Shown piece after piece: positions 11,835 to 54,833 of a stretch of 64,000 nucleotides of DNA (position 1 is its first letter; every line of letters begins with the position of its first letter). This DNA is from Macrostomum lignano. Lineage: Eukaryota. A program made the translations under genes and the position numbers. The notes under the pieces were generated by a model. The model had not been told where the DNA came from. It searched no databases and saw only the letters and a program-made list of their open reading frames with translations. The stretch spans positions 118,452 through 182,451 of the forward strand of contig NIVC01002335.1 of assembly GCA_002269645.1 (NCBI GenBank), written 5' to 3'.

Positions 11835-13926
11835 CCCATCTCTCTTCTCCTCTCCCATCTCTCTTCTCCTCTCTACTCTCTCCCCTCTTCATTCTCCTGT
11901 TTCCTCTTCTCTCTCCCTGTCTCTCCTCTCTCCTCTAGTCTCTGTAATCTCTTCTCTCTTATCTCTCCTCTGTTCTCTCCACTCTCCCATCTCTCGTCTG
12001 TTCATCTGCTCTCTCATCTGTCATCTTTACTCTCTTATACGTTCTCTCACTTATCTCCTCTGTACTCTTCTCTTCACCTCTTCTCACTCCTCTCTTTCCT
12101 TACTCCTCTCTTCTTTTCTTTTCCCTTTCTATACTCTCTCTCCTCTATATCTTCTCTCGTCTCTCTGCACTCTCCTCTCACCTTTTTCATCTCTCATCAC
12201 TTCTTTGATCTGTCTCATCTTTACAATCTCATCTCTTTCCTCTCTCCTCCTCTTCCCTTTACTCTCTCATCTCTCCTTTCTCCCCTCTTCTTACACCCCT
12301 CTCTTATCTCTATCTCTTCTCTTCTCACCTCTTCTCTCCCCCTCTTATCTCCTCTCTTTTCTATCCTTTCTACTCTCTCCTCTCTAATCTCTCATCTCCT
12401 CTTGACCCTCTGTCATCTTCTTTCTGCTCTCTCATCTCTCATCTCCTCTCATCTCTTCTCACTCTTCTCTACTCTCCTCTCATCGATCCTCTGTCTCATC
12501 TCTCCCCTCTTCTCGCCTTTACTCTTTCCTCTCCCTCCTTTCTCCCCTCCTCTCACTTCTTCCTCCCTTCTTCTCTGCTCTCTCCTCACCACTTGTCTCT
12601 CCTCTTATATTCCATGTTTTCTCATATCCCCTCTCGCCTCTCCTCTCTTCTAATAGTCTATTCCTTCTCCTTTCCACTCTCATCTGGCCCGCACATAAGC
12701 TGGATTCTTTATCTGGCTTTTGAAGTAAAAGTCTGCCCATTCCTGCTTGGTAAGCCATGCAGTTTGTGGGACGTACTACTCTCATGGCTGTTCTCATGCT
12801 TTGATCACGTCATTTTTCTTGCCAATTTTCAGCCCTGAAAGGAATTTGTGTATTTTCAGCTCCACTGCAGTCTGCATCAGTCTAACAACCAAGGAAATAA
12901 GCATTTCTTAGGACATTAAATATTTAAAGTACTTTTAAGAGAAACCTAAAATTTCCATGGTGTGACTAATTTAGTAGGGTTGTATTGCATTGCATCGCCT
13001 TTTCATAAATCTTTCGCTTTTACAAACCATGCTGGATAGTGGATTCCCTCGATTTGCCAATTGCCAATTGCCATCCACTGTTAAACTGCTGCAGAGTTTG
13101 CCAATACAGAGGGGAGGGCAGTGGTTAGAATTTCTCACTAAACTGTCATGGCTAAACGTAGCCTCTCCACTCTCGGTGTGCAGAGAAGGCTATAAATAAA
13201 GTTATTCCAAAACACTGTACATTCGCTATATACATTAAGCCCTATCGCCTGACCCTTCTTCTGGCTCTGGGGGAATGAGTGAGTGAGTGGCACAAACAAC
13301 AGAAAAAGCAGACAAACTTCACATGCTTACAGTTTCTGTTCTGATTGAGTTAGAGAGTTGAAACTTTACATTTAGACAGAGAATGAATCAAAGAAGAATT
13401 GTGTTAAGTTAGAAGTCAATCGCTTCGCGTGGAGCAAACTTATGGCAGCCGAAAGTTAGTCATTTTAAAACCCATTTACACCCTTTGCCCAGATCGGGAA
13501 AGAGGCAGGCGGGCGGAGGTTGGGGTGGCTGTCTCGCTGAAAAAAACAGCCAAACTTTAAAAGTGCACAGCGCCGTTCAGGATTAACTTTGAGATTTGAA
13601 ATTTTACACGATTGTGTCAAAATAGTTGAAAATTGCCTGTGTCAAATTTGAACAGAATCGGTAAAAGTGGAGCGTCGCTATGGAGGATTTAGTGAAAAAA
13701 TCGCGCATTTTGAGCAGTTTTTTGTACTTTTAGGTAGGAAGACTTGAGTCTAGGAAATTAAAAGGTAGCCTAAGACATTCTCCGTAGTAAGTTTAGGGTG
13801 GGTGTAAAGTTTGGTGTAATTTGGTTGAGCAGTTTGGGAGTCCATAGCGATCAAAATTGTCCACAGACACACAGACAGACAGACAGACAGACACACAGAC
13901 ATAGTTTTGATTTTTATAGTTAGAGA
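10818..13926 (-). mobile_element. Non-autonomous Helitron-like element, copy 1 (3109 bp)
   Basis: On the minus strand it starts 5'-TC (13926), has a (TGTC)n tract near the 5' end, and ends with a subterminal hairpin AAATCC-GC-GGGTTT 10 nt before 3'-CTTG followed by target T (10817). No RepHel ORF. Confidence 0.75.
11125..12690. repeat. ~1.5-kb polypyrimidine (CT-rich) low-complexity tract inside Helitron copy 1
   Basis: Almost purely C/T on the + strand, with a perfect (CT)n core at ~11754-11829. Confidence 0.95.
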
Positions 13927-14758
13927 CAAGCTGTTGAAACCCGCGGATTTTGAACCCGGGGAATTCTAATCCCCGGAACTACTTTTGCATGTATTCTGAA
14001 ATCTAAGGCCATACACAAACAAATTAATAGTAGGATAGAGGTAGACATAAAATGGAGCACATTCGTGTAAAATTAGGGTTTGAGGCAAACGTTGATATTG
14101 TTTGCTGGGGTACTCCACAGAATGCCAGGCAATGTCTGTCTGACTCTAAAACATGTATTGGCAAACTCTGGCCTCTCCCTGACTCTCCCTATGTCCCTTG
14201 GATCCTTTAAAATTTCTATCGTCTCTTTCCTTTCTTCTCTCTCATCCCTCGTCTCTCCTCTCTCCTCTCTTTTCTCTCCTCTCTCCTCTCTTCTATTGTA
14301 TCTTCCCTCATCTCTCTTCTGTTTCATCTCTCTTCCCTATTCTTTTCTCTCTCCTCTCCTCTCTCCTTTCTACTTTTCGTTTTCTCTCTGCTCTCCTCTC
14401 TCCTCTCTACTCTTTCGTTTTCTCCCTCCTCTCCTCTCTCCTCTCTCCCCTCTTCTCTCGTCTCTTCCTTCTCCTCTCTATTCTTTTCTCTCTTCTCTTA
14501 ACTCTCTCCTCTACTCTCTTATCTCTCCTCTCTACTCTTTCCTCTCTCTCTCCTCTCTCCCCTCTTCTCTCGTCTCTTCCCTCACCTCTTTCCTCTCTCT
14601 CTCTCTTTCCTATCATCTCTTTTCTTGTTTTATATCTTCTCCCTCCCCTCGTCGCTCGTCTCTTCCCTCACCTCTCTTCTCTCTCGTCTGCTCTTTCATC
14701 TCTCCTTTCTCTTCTTTTATCTTTTCTCTCTTATCTCTTCTCGTTTCTATCTGCTCTG

Positions 14759-14837
<79 letters not shown>

Positions 14838-16827
14838 CCAATCTCTCTTCTCCTCTTTACTCTCTCCCCTCTTCATTCTCCTAATTCCTCTTCTCTCTCC
14901 CTGTCTCTCCTCTCTCCTCTAGTCTCTGTAATCTCTTCTCTCTTATCTCTCCTCTGTTCTCTGTACTCTCCCATCTCTCGTCTGTTCATCTGCTCTCTCA
15001 TCTGTCATCTTTACTCTCTTATACGTTCTCTCACTTATCTCCTCTGTACTCTTCTCTTTCACCTCTTCTGACTCCTCTCTTTCCTTACTCCTCTCTTCTT
15101 TTCTCTTCCCTCTTCTATACTCTCTCTCTCCTCTATTATCTTCTCTCGTCTCTCTGCACTCTCCTCTCACCTTTTTCATCTCTCATCTCTTCTTTCATCT
15201 GTCTCATCTCTACAATCTCATCTTTTTCCTCTCTCCTCCTCTTCCCTTTACTCTCTCATCTCTCCTTTCTCCCATCTTCTTATACCCCTCTCTTATCTCT
15301 ATCTCTTCTCTTCTCACCCCTTCTCTCCCCCTCTTATCTCCTCTCTTTTCTATCCTTTCTACTCTCTCCTCTCCTCTTGACCCTCTGTCATCTTCTTTCT
15401 GCTCTCTCATCTCTACTCTCTTCTCACTCTTCTCTACTCTCCTCTCATCGATCCTCTGTCTCATCTCTCCCCTCTTCTCACCTTTACTCTTTCCTCTCCC
15501 TCCTTTCTCCCCTCCTCTCGCTTCTTCCTCCCTTCTTCTCTGCTCTCTCCTCACCACTTGTCTCTCCTCTTATATTCCATGTTTTCTCATACCCCCTCTC
15601 GCCTCTCCTCTCTTCTAATAGTCTATTCCTTCATCCTTCTCCTTTCCACTCTCGTCTCATCTGGCCCGCACATAAGCTGGATACTGGATTCTTTATCTGG
15701 CTTTTGAAGTAAAAGTCTGCCCATTCCTGCTTGGAAAGCCAGTTTGTGGGACGTAGTACTCTCATGGCTGTTCTCATGCTTTGATCATGTCATCTACTCA
15801 TCTTTCTTGCCAATTTGCAGTCCTGAAAGGAATTTGTGTATTTTCAGCTTTACTGCAGTCTGCATCAGTCTAACAACAAAGGAAATACGCATTTCTTAGG
15901 AGGACATTTAAAATTCAAAGTACTTTTAAGAGAAACCTAAAATTTCCATGGTGTGACTAATTTAGTAGGGTTGTATTGCATTGCATCGCCTTTTCATAAA
16001 TCTTTCGCTTTTACAAACCATGCTGGATTCCCTCGATTTGCCATCCACTGTTAAACTGCTGCAGAGTTTGCCAATACAGACGACAGTGGTTAGAATTTCT
16101 CACTAAACTGTCATGGCTAAACGTAGCCTTTCCACGCGCGGGGGTACAGAGAAGGCTATTAAAAAGTTATTCCAAAACACTGTACATTTGCTATGTACAT
16201 TCAGCCCTATCGCCTGACCCTTCGTCTGGGCTGGGGGAATGAGTGAGTGAGTGGCACAAACAACAGAAAAAGCAGACAAACTTCACATGCTTACAGTTTC
16301 TTTTTCGGTTGAGTTACAGAGTTGAAACTTTACATTTAGATAGAGAATGAGTCAATAAAGAATTGTGTCAAGTTTGAAGCCAATCACTTCACGTGGAGCA
16401 AACTTATGGCAGCTGAAAGTTAGTCAATTTTGAAACCCCTTTTACACATCTGGGCCCAGATCGGGAAAGAGAGGCGGGCGGAGGTTGGGGTGGTTGCTAC
16501 GCTGAAAAAAACAGCCTAATTTTAAAAGTGCACAGCACCGCTCAGGATTAACTTTGAGACTCGAAATTTCACATAATTGTGCCAAAATAGTTGAAGATTG
16601 TCTGCGTCAAATTTGAAGAGAATCGGTAAAAGTGGAGCGGCGCTATGGAGGATTTAGTGAAAAAATCGCGCATTTTGAGCAGTTTTTTGTACTTTTAGGT
16701 AGGAAGACTTGAGTCTAAGAAATTTAAAGGTAGCCTAAGACATTCTCCGTAGTAAGTTTAGGGTGGGTGTAAAGTTTGGTGTAATTTGGTTGAGCGGTTT
16801 GGGAGTCCATAGCGAAGTAATTTGTCC

Positions 16828-16860
<33 letters not shown>

Positions 16861-16883
16861 GTTTTGATTTTTATAGGTAGAGA
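13927..16883 (-). mobile_element. Non-autonomous Helitron-like element, copy 2 (2957 bp), head-to-tail with copy 1
   Basis: Colinear, diverged duplicate of 10818-13926. Minus-strand 5' end A|TC at 16884/16883; junction CTTG|TC at 13927/13926. Confidence 0.75.
14215..15660. repeat. Paralogous polypyrimidine tract inside Helitron copy 2
   Basis: Alignable to 11125-12690 with substitutions and indels; (CT)n core at ~14764-14831. Confidence 0.95.
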
Positions 16884-18015
16884 TTAAGCGGCGCGTTCTA
16901 AACATGTCGGCTAAAAGAAAGGCAGAGCTGCACACTTTTTGGCGCGTCTTTTCAAGCTGCAGTGCACAAGAATGCTGCACTAGTCGGCATAACTTACTTG
17001 GAGTAGATGAAATTCAACATAATCATTTGCCCTAGGGCTCGCGGCTCAAGCGCAGAGCTGTGCACTGTTGGAGAGCGTTTTCCATTCCACTCTCTTTGCC
17101 GTTTTGACGGTCTCTTACTGCGAAGACTCTTAATTTTGCATGGTAAGACACCGCGTGGATCCAATTGAGCGATCTACTCAATTTTTGACAAGCCGCGCTT
17201 CCGCGGCTGCCTAACAAAGCTAATATATTTACTTGGCCCTGCTCTGAAAACTTAAGATAGTACAGCCTTGCTTTGGTATCAAAGATTCGTAATTATTAGG
17301 ATTCATTAATTCAGTTTGATATACAATTGTAACGTATTTATTGGTTGACTTGATTACAGCTACATGTATGCATATGTAAACCATTGCTTCATACTATGCT
17401 TGTAACTCTGCTAAATACCAATGGTGAAGTTTGTAATCGGATTCTATCTTAAGTATATAATTAACGTCCTGGGCTGGCTTATCTTTTCTGATAAAAATTG
17501 CAAAGGAAGATTACAGTTCGATCAAAAGCAAAAAAAAAATGAGATACAAATAGCACAAAATAGCAAATTTGAGCCAGACTGCAGTCATGATTTTGTGTTG
17601 AAATTTGTGTTGATTGAAATTTATTTATGGAATTCTGTAGAGTTATACAATATTTAAGTTTCGTCTAGTGATTTTTGGCATGGCTTCTTTTGAGGGTACG
17701 AATATACCTTAACAATCATATCCAAAGCAATTATAGAGATAGCGAGCTGTCTTTTTCGAAAAAAATTTCTCTACAAGACTCCAAATGAAAATATACATAT
17801 TTTCATAATTTTTAAAAGGTGACACAGAATAAATAAATAATATCATTAATAGAAATATCAAGATACCATATTTGGGAATTTTGTTATGGTGCTTTCACGG
17901 TCGAAAATAAAATTTCGCACGAGCTTAAAATCAGCATAAAACAGGTTCACGCGCGTTGTTCATTATAGATGCTCGTGTCGTATCATACTAGAAAAAACAA
18001 AAAATTCAATTGATA

Positions 18016-35470
<17,455 letters not shown>

Positions 35471-35604
35471 GCAAAAACGAGTTCGACCGTAACCAGTAAA
35501 TTAACGAATTTCAACTGAGTTTTTGACCCGTTGATACGAGACCGGTAATTGGCTAACTGTGCTGCAGTTCTAGGCGAAAGTAATCTCTAGAAACCATTAT
35601 GGTA

Positions 35605-35810
35605 CAATTGTAGGGACAGCGGTGAACACGTCCGACTCTCTCGCCACGACCCCTGGTTTGATTCCGTGCGCGGCGTACATTCAACGCCCCCCCCCCAAGG
35701 CACAGAGAATGTACATGCCTGACGATTAAAAATTCTTGGGCCTGCGTACAGTACCCGTGCGCTTTTATGTGCCAGCAGTCGGTGGAATGGGCAGAAAGAA
35801 TATATATTTT
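35605..35810 (+). mobile_element. tRNA-derived SINE
   Basis: A-box-like TAGGGACAGCGG and B-box-like GGTTTGATTCC with tRNA spacing, then a body shared with 2700-2870. Confidence 0.6.
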
Positions 35811-36732
35811 TAAAGGCCCGCTAAAACGGTCGTCCTTCGACTGGGAGAATAATATTTTTTGATGTAATGATCACGATTTTTGCTTCTGCTGTTCGAGAGG
35901 TAAACACATTGCTTTTTAGTTGCTGCGACCTATAGTTGGTACATAGCTAGTCATAATAATAATTATATGCACAGCTATGAATTATTTTATAAGCGTCATA
36001 TTATGCTTATTTTTCGCACATTCAGTGTAGCCCCAGCTTTTCTATTATAGATAGCTAATTTTAGAACTGGGAAAACACCCACTTGACGTGGGATTTCCGT
36101 AGCAGGCCAGATTCGTTTTATCTTAATTGGCTGTCTGGCTCAGTTTGACCTTGGGAAGATGAGAAAACTATATATAAAATCAGTCACGCACTGATAGCGT
36201 GATGTAAAAGGTCAAATTTAGCTTCCAGCCAATAAAATGCAGTCTGGTCCCGTTTTTTATCCACAATTTTATTGAGCAATCAGCCTTCGGTAGAAAATCC
36301 CCGTTTTTCTTTCACATTCACTCTGTTGTAACTTTAATTTTTATGCTTTCAATTTTTAGTTCACATTTTCCTACTCAACACTTTCATATCAGTCGTTTTT
36401 TTTAGAAATAATCGTACTGTAATTCCCCCCCCCGCGCCTGCCGGATGATGTAGCTTAAATTAGGCTGCAAAAAGTTATTAGTTAAATTCTATATGCTCCA
36501 TTATTATGCTTAGCTTCGCTTTTTCAATTCCAAAAGCATTAAATGATAAATTTGCAACATAGTTTCAATTTCAATTTTTACAAAACGTACTTTTTTCTCG
36601 CTTTCATTAGAAGCAAGAATTAAAATAAATCTGAAAAATTTTCAACTGGTCACTTCACTTCGCTTCAAGCGTTGATTCGCTTAAACAAAAGATAATTACA
36701 GAAAAATGAAACTGACTTTTTATTTTATCAAT

Positions 36733-37700
36733 CAGTCATTGAATCTGCCTCTCTCCGCTCCCTCAGTCATTGAATCTGCCTCTCTCCGCTCCCTCAGTCA
36801 TTGAATCTGCCTCTCTGCTCCCTCAGTCATTGAATCTGCCTCTCTCCGCTCCCTCAGTCATTGAATCTGCCTCTCTCCTCTCCCTCAGTCATTGAATCTG
36901 CCTCTCTCCTCTCCCTCAGCCATTGAATCTGCCTCTCTCCTCTCCCTCAGTCATTGAATCTGCCTCTCTCCTCTCTCTCAGTCATTGAATCTGCCTCTCT
37001 CCGCTCCCTCAGTCATTGAATCTGCCTCTCTCCTCTCCCTCAGCCATTGAATCTGCCTCTCTCCTCTCCCTCAGTCATTGAATCTGCCTCTCTCCTCTCT
37101 CTCAGTCATTGAATCTGCCTCTCTCCGCTCCCTCAGTCATTGAATCTGCCTCTCTCCGCTCCCTCAGTCATTGAATCTGCCTCTCTCCGCTCCCTCAGTC
37201 ATTGAATCTGCCTCTCTCCGCTCCCTCAGTCACTGAATCTGCCTCTCAGCTCCTTCAGTCATTGAATCTGCCTCTCTCCTCTCCCTCAGTCATTGAATCT
37301 GCCTCTCTCCTCTCTCTCAGTCATTGAATCTGCCTCTCTCCGCTCCCTCAGTCATTGAATCTGCCTCTCTCCGCTCTCTCAGTCATTGAATCTGCCTCTC
37401 TCCTCTCCCTCAGTCATTGAATCTGCCTCTCTCCGCTCCCTCAGTCATTGAATCTGCCTCTCTCCGCTCCCTCAGTCACTGAATCTGCCTCTCAGCTCCT
37501 TCAGTCATTGAATCTGCCTCTCTCCTCTCCCTCAGTCATTGAATCTGCCTCTCTCCTCTCCCTCAGTCATTGAATCTGCCTCTCTCCTCTCCCTCAGTCA
37601 TTGAATCTGCCTCTCTCCTCTCCCTCAGTCATTGAATCTGCCTCTCTCCTCTCTCTCAGTCATTGAATCTGCCTCTCTCCTCTCTCTCAGTCATTGAATC
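36733..37700. repeat. 31-bp minisatellite (CAGTCATTGAATCTGCCTCTCTCCGCTCCCT)n, ~31 copies
   Basis: Period 31 (36733, 36764). Confidence 0.97.
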
Positions 37701-38495
37701 TAGTTCTCCACTTCTTTACAGATTTCCGAAGAGTTCAGTCTCATAAATGATTACAATTACACACAACACTTTCTTTTTAGATAGTTTCAAAGCTACCGTA
37801 AAAATATTTGAAATAGTCGAATACGGCAAAGACCGCAAAGTCATTTTATTCTTGGAAAATTAAATAAAATTTTTTCTAACAGGCGTGTGTTTTAATATCC
37901 GCAATCTTCTTCAAGAATAGATTTGTACTCAGAAGAAAAAACAGGCATGAAAGCTTTAAAGAAGTCAGTTTAAATTAGCTCATAAATATTCTAAAAGTAT
38001 GATAGGTCTCGCGTGCACCATTAATGTACGTTGTGGAGGAAAGTATATCTAATGTACTTTTACAATGTTATGCAATCAGATGTAAATAAAGCATCACAGA
38101 GAAATGAAACACAGAGAAGCTATCTAATACAAAAAAGTAAATTACAGAATTCCGAGCACTAATAATAATAGTAATCTATACGCTTTTTAAACCTGAATTT
38201 TTTTTCTTTTTATAATTGGTTTTTGCATATTAACTGACAGAGCAGCTTGAATTCACGCTACAGTCAGCAACATGCTAAACTGGGGCCTCCGCGGCGCAAA
38301 TTGCATCATCCACACAATAAATATTTATCTACCTGCATAGCAGCTTATTAAACGTACTTTAAAAAATCTGCACACCACTCACTAAAGTTTTCATTACAAT
38401 TTTACGAGTACAATATCCATCAATTTTGATAACTTAGTAGCTTCGAAGGTACAGCATCCTTTGTGAGAATTCTTTCAAATTTAAAAGCTACTAAA

Positions 38496-38806
38496 GGGTT
38501 TTAGCCTAGGGTGTTGGAGCGTCGGACTCACGACTCACGTTAGAGCGGTCGGACGTTCGATTCCCGATCCCACAGGGGCAATTTGTGTCCTTAAGCAAGA
38601 CACATTGAGCCTTGCTTCAGTTCACCCCAGCTGTAAAATGGGTGCCAGCATTAGCTGGGGTAATTGAGGCTGTGTGTGGCGACCCCCCAGTCCTTGGACT
38701 GAACAGCCGTACACAGCCTTCAGATGCGCCGCGCAATGGCTGCGGCTGAGCTGTCGGTTGCACATCTGGCCATTAGGGCAGGTGTAATCAGTTATTATTA
38801 TTATTA
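38496..38806 (+). mobile_element. tRNA-derived SINE with a CORE/MIR-like central domain and (TTA)n tail
   Basis: A box TAGCCTAGGGT, B box GTTCGATTCCC; GTGTCCTTAAGCAAGACAC..CTTCAGTTCACCCCAGCTGTAAAATGGGT resembles the CORE motif GTGACCTTGGGCAAGTCAC..CTCAGTTTCCTCATCTGTAAAATGGG; tail GTTATTATTATTATT. Confidence 0.75.
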
Positions 38807-38884
38807 GTTTAATACGTATTATTCCCTTTAATGCTGATATCTGGCAATATTAAATTTCCCCAGCAAATATGAATTTCAGTCTGT

Positions 38885-52495
<13,611 letters not shown>

Positions 52496-54833
52496 CCAGT
52501 CGCCATGAAGAAAAAATTTGTTATTATTTAATTTTATCACAAATTAGTTATGATTATGTATGTATAAGGATACAAAATTTGAATAAAAATAGTTGTCTTA
52601 AACAAAAACTTCAATTCTAAACTAGCAAAGCAGCAATACAATAATGCTTTATTAACTAAAATTATTAACTTAAAAATCTATTAACTAGCACATAAAAGCA
52701 AAAAATATATAAAGGCAAAGTTACACATGAAGATCCCAACTTAACATAGACATATATTTAAAATATATTATACATTTTTTTAATTCTAATAATTTTCTAG
52801 AAATAAACAAGAAATTTTCTGAAAATTCAGACTAGACCATTTGGATGTAGGCTAAGATCATTCCAGTCCAACCAGGCTGTAGCCTACTGGTATATCTGGC
52901 CTTTAACCTATTATTTAGTATTTTGCTAAAAAATAATATAGAAATTTCAAGCTTTATTGTCTGTCTACCTAAGAAAACCAGTGATTTGCAAAATTAAATA
53001 TTTAATTTTGAAACAAAAAGTTGTTCTTATATTTCTCTAGCAGTAAAAATACTAAAAGCCAAATAAAATGCAAAAAATTAACAGATATCATGCCCGCGAA
53101 AAAAGTAGTAATTGGGAACTGGTGAATTGAATTGAACTGAACTGAACTGAACTTCATTGAACTGAATTGAATTTTCGATGTTTCAAAAAACTTGAAGAAA
53201 AGTGCTGATAATTACTCTCAAACGATTGTCGGCGTTTAGGCTACAGTTCGTTTTGCATAAGTGGCCGCTCTTGGCTCGAATGGATCGAGCTCGCGATCAT
53301 CATGAAAAGCCTCATTGAATAGGCGGGATGATATATTTGGTTGACAACAATCTTTTGTATATTAAGAGCAAAAATTTGCTTTTCTGTAAATTTATTATGT
53401 AAAACTAATACATATCTGGCGAAAGCATATGTATATCAGCGTTTTCCATTAAACTTAGGAGAAAACTTGTTTTAATAGTTAACAGTTTATTGTAATTTAA
53501 ATTATAAATAGAACGCAAAACGAAACTCACCTTTGTGGCAAAGTCTAAAAATGTATTTTGCTTACTTCTGGATTTGCTTCATATAAAGCTTGCTCCTCGT
53601 GAAGCTTTTTGGATTAAAATAGTATCATGCAAAGGCTCAGTCGAAATTGTGTGACGCGATAGACCCAATTTTTCAGCCTGCAAACAACTAGTTTTCTTGT
53701 CCACCTCGACATCATCACACAGTTGCGCCCAAAAATGGACGAAATAGCGTTGTGTTGAGCGATACATATACATGTAAAACAATGTTTTACTCGCCTATAT
53801 TCACAAGTCGGTGTCCAGCTTGCCAAAACTATGTATGTTCAAATGTTCAATGTTCACATGTGCACATGTGTGCAGTACACAGTACCCAAATACACAGTAG
53901 CCTACATGTATAGTATGAAACCAAGCTCCCTTTCTCCAAAAAATGCTTTTTCTGGACATATTTTCTGATATAAAGTAAACATATAGATTTGAAGATATAG
54001 AAATGTATACTTTTACGCTCGCGCGTACTGTATTATAAATTTGGAATTGAAGGTACATGTATTATATGTATGTACCTGTACCTACAGCTCGTATAATTTG
54101 CAAAGTGAACGCGTCTCCGTCTTCGAGTTGAACGGCAGTGGGCTTTTGGACTCCACTTGTTCAGTGGAGTCCATGCACAGTTCTTCCTTCACTTGTTCCA
54201 ATTTTCGGATTTCATGTACGAGCTAAACATGTATGATATTTCGGTTTATGATGGCCCCTTCTATTATTTTGGCTATGAATAAATCGAGCTCTTGGGCTTC
54301 TAAGTAAAAAAATGTTTAGGGTAAACAAACATACACCCAACGGTTTAAATTGAAAGAGGACAAAAAAGTGTCTGCACAAAAAAAGTGTCAGCGGGAAGAG
54401 GGAGAGCTGGAAAAGGAATATTGACGATTAGAGAGCAGCACATTGCACGAAGAGAACTGAAGAAACGCTGCAAAAAACACTTTTCACTACAGCTGAGGCG
54501 GACTTGGCCAACGCAGCCTAGCTCAGATCAGCTTAACGCTTAAGAGAATACCAACACCCGTCCCCCATTGCCACGACTGTATAGTCTTTATCTCTTTTCT
54601 ATCCCTCTCGCTCCCGTCCTCTCTCGCTTTCTCACATGTTTCTCTCTGTCAGTTTGTTTCTCAAAGTCTCCATGGAAACATTAGCCAGGCCCCAAGACAA
54701 TAGACTTTCCTACTAAAGCAGAGTTTGACTGCATCGGCTCTGCGCCACTTCCCCAGTTTGTTGAGATTCTCAAGCTCACAGCCTCTCACTCGGTGCTGCC
54801 TTCTCATTCCTACTTACTGGACGGCCTTCCAAA

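Noticed and set aside
10953-15712. Leu/Ser-rich and Arg/Glu-rich ORFs
   Set aside because: Translations of the CT tract inside the Helitron-like copies; no domain content.
53531-54225. Minus-strand exon-like pieces (14-nt TAG|ACTTTGCCACAAAG|GTGAGT at 53531-53544; LVHEIRKLEQVKEELC.. at ~54088-54224; ORF 53579-53782)
   Set aside because: Could be 5' exons of the TTC24-like gene or a decayed spliced transposase, but I could not link them in frame or find an acceptor before 52495. Unresolved without cDNA.
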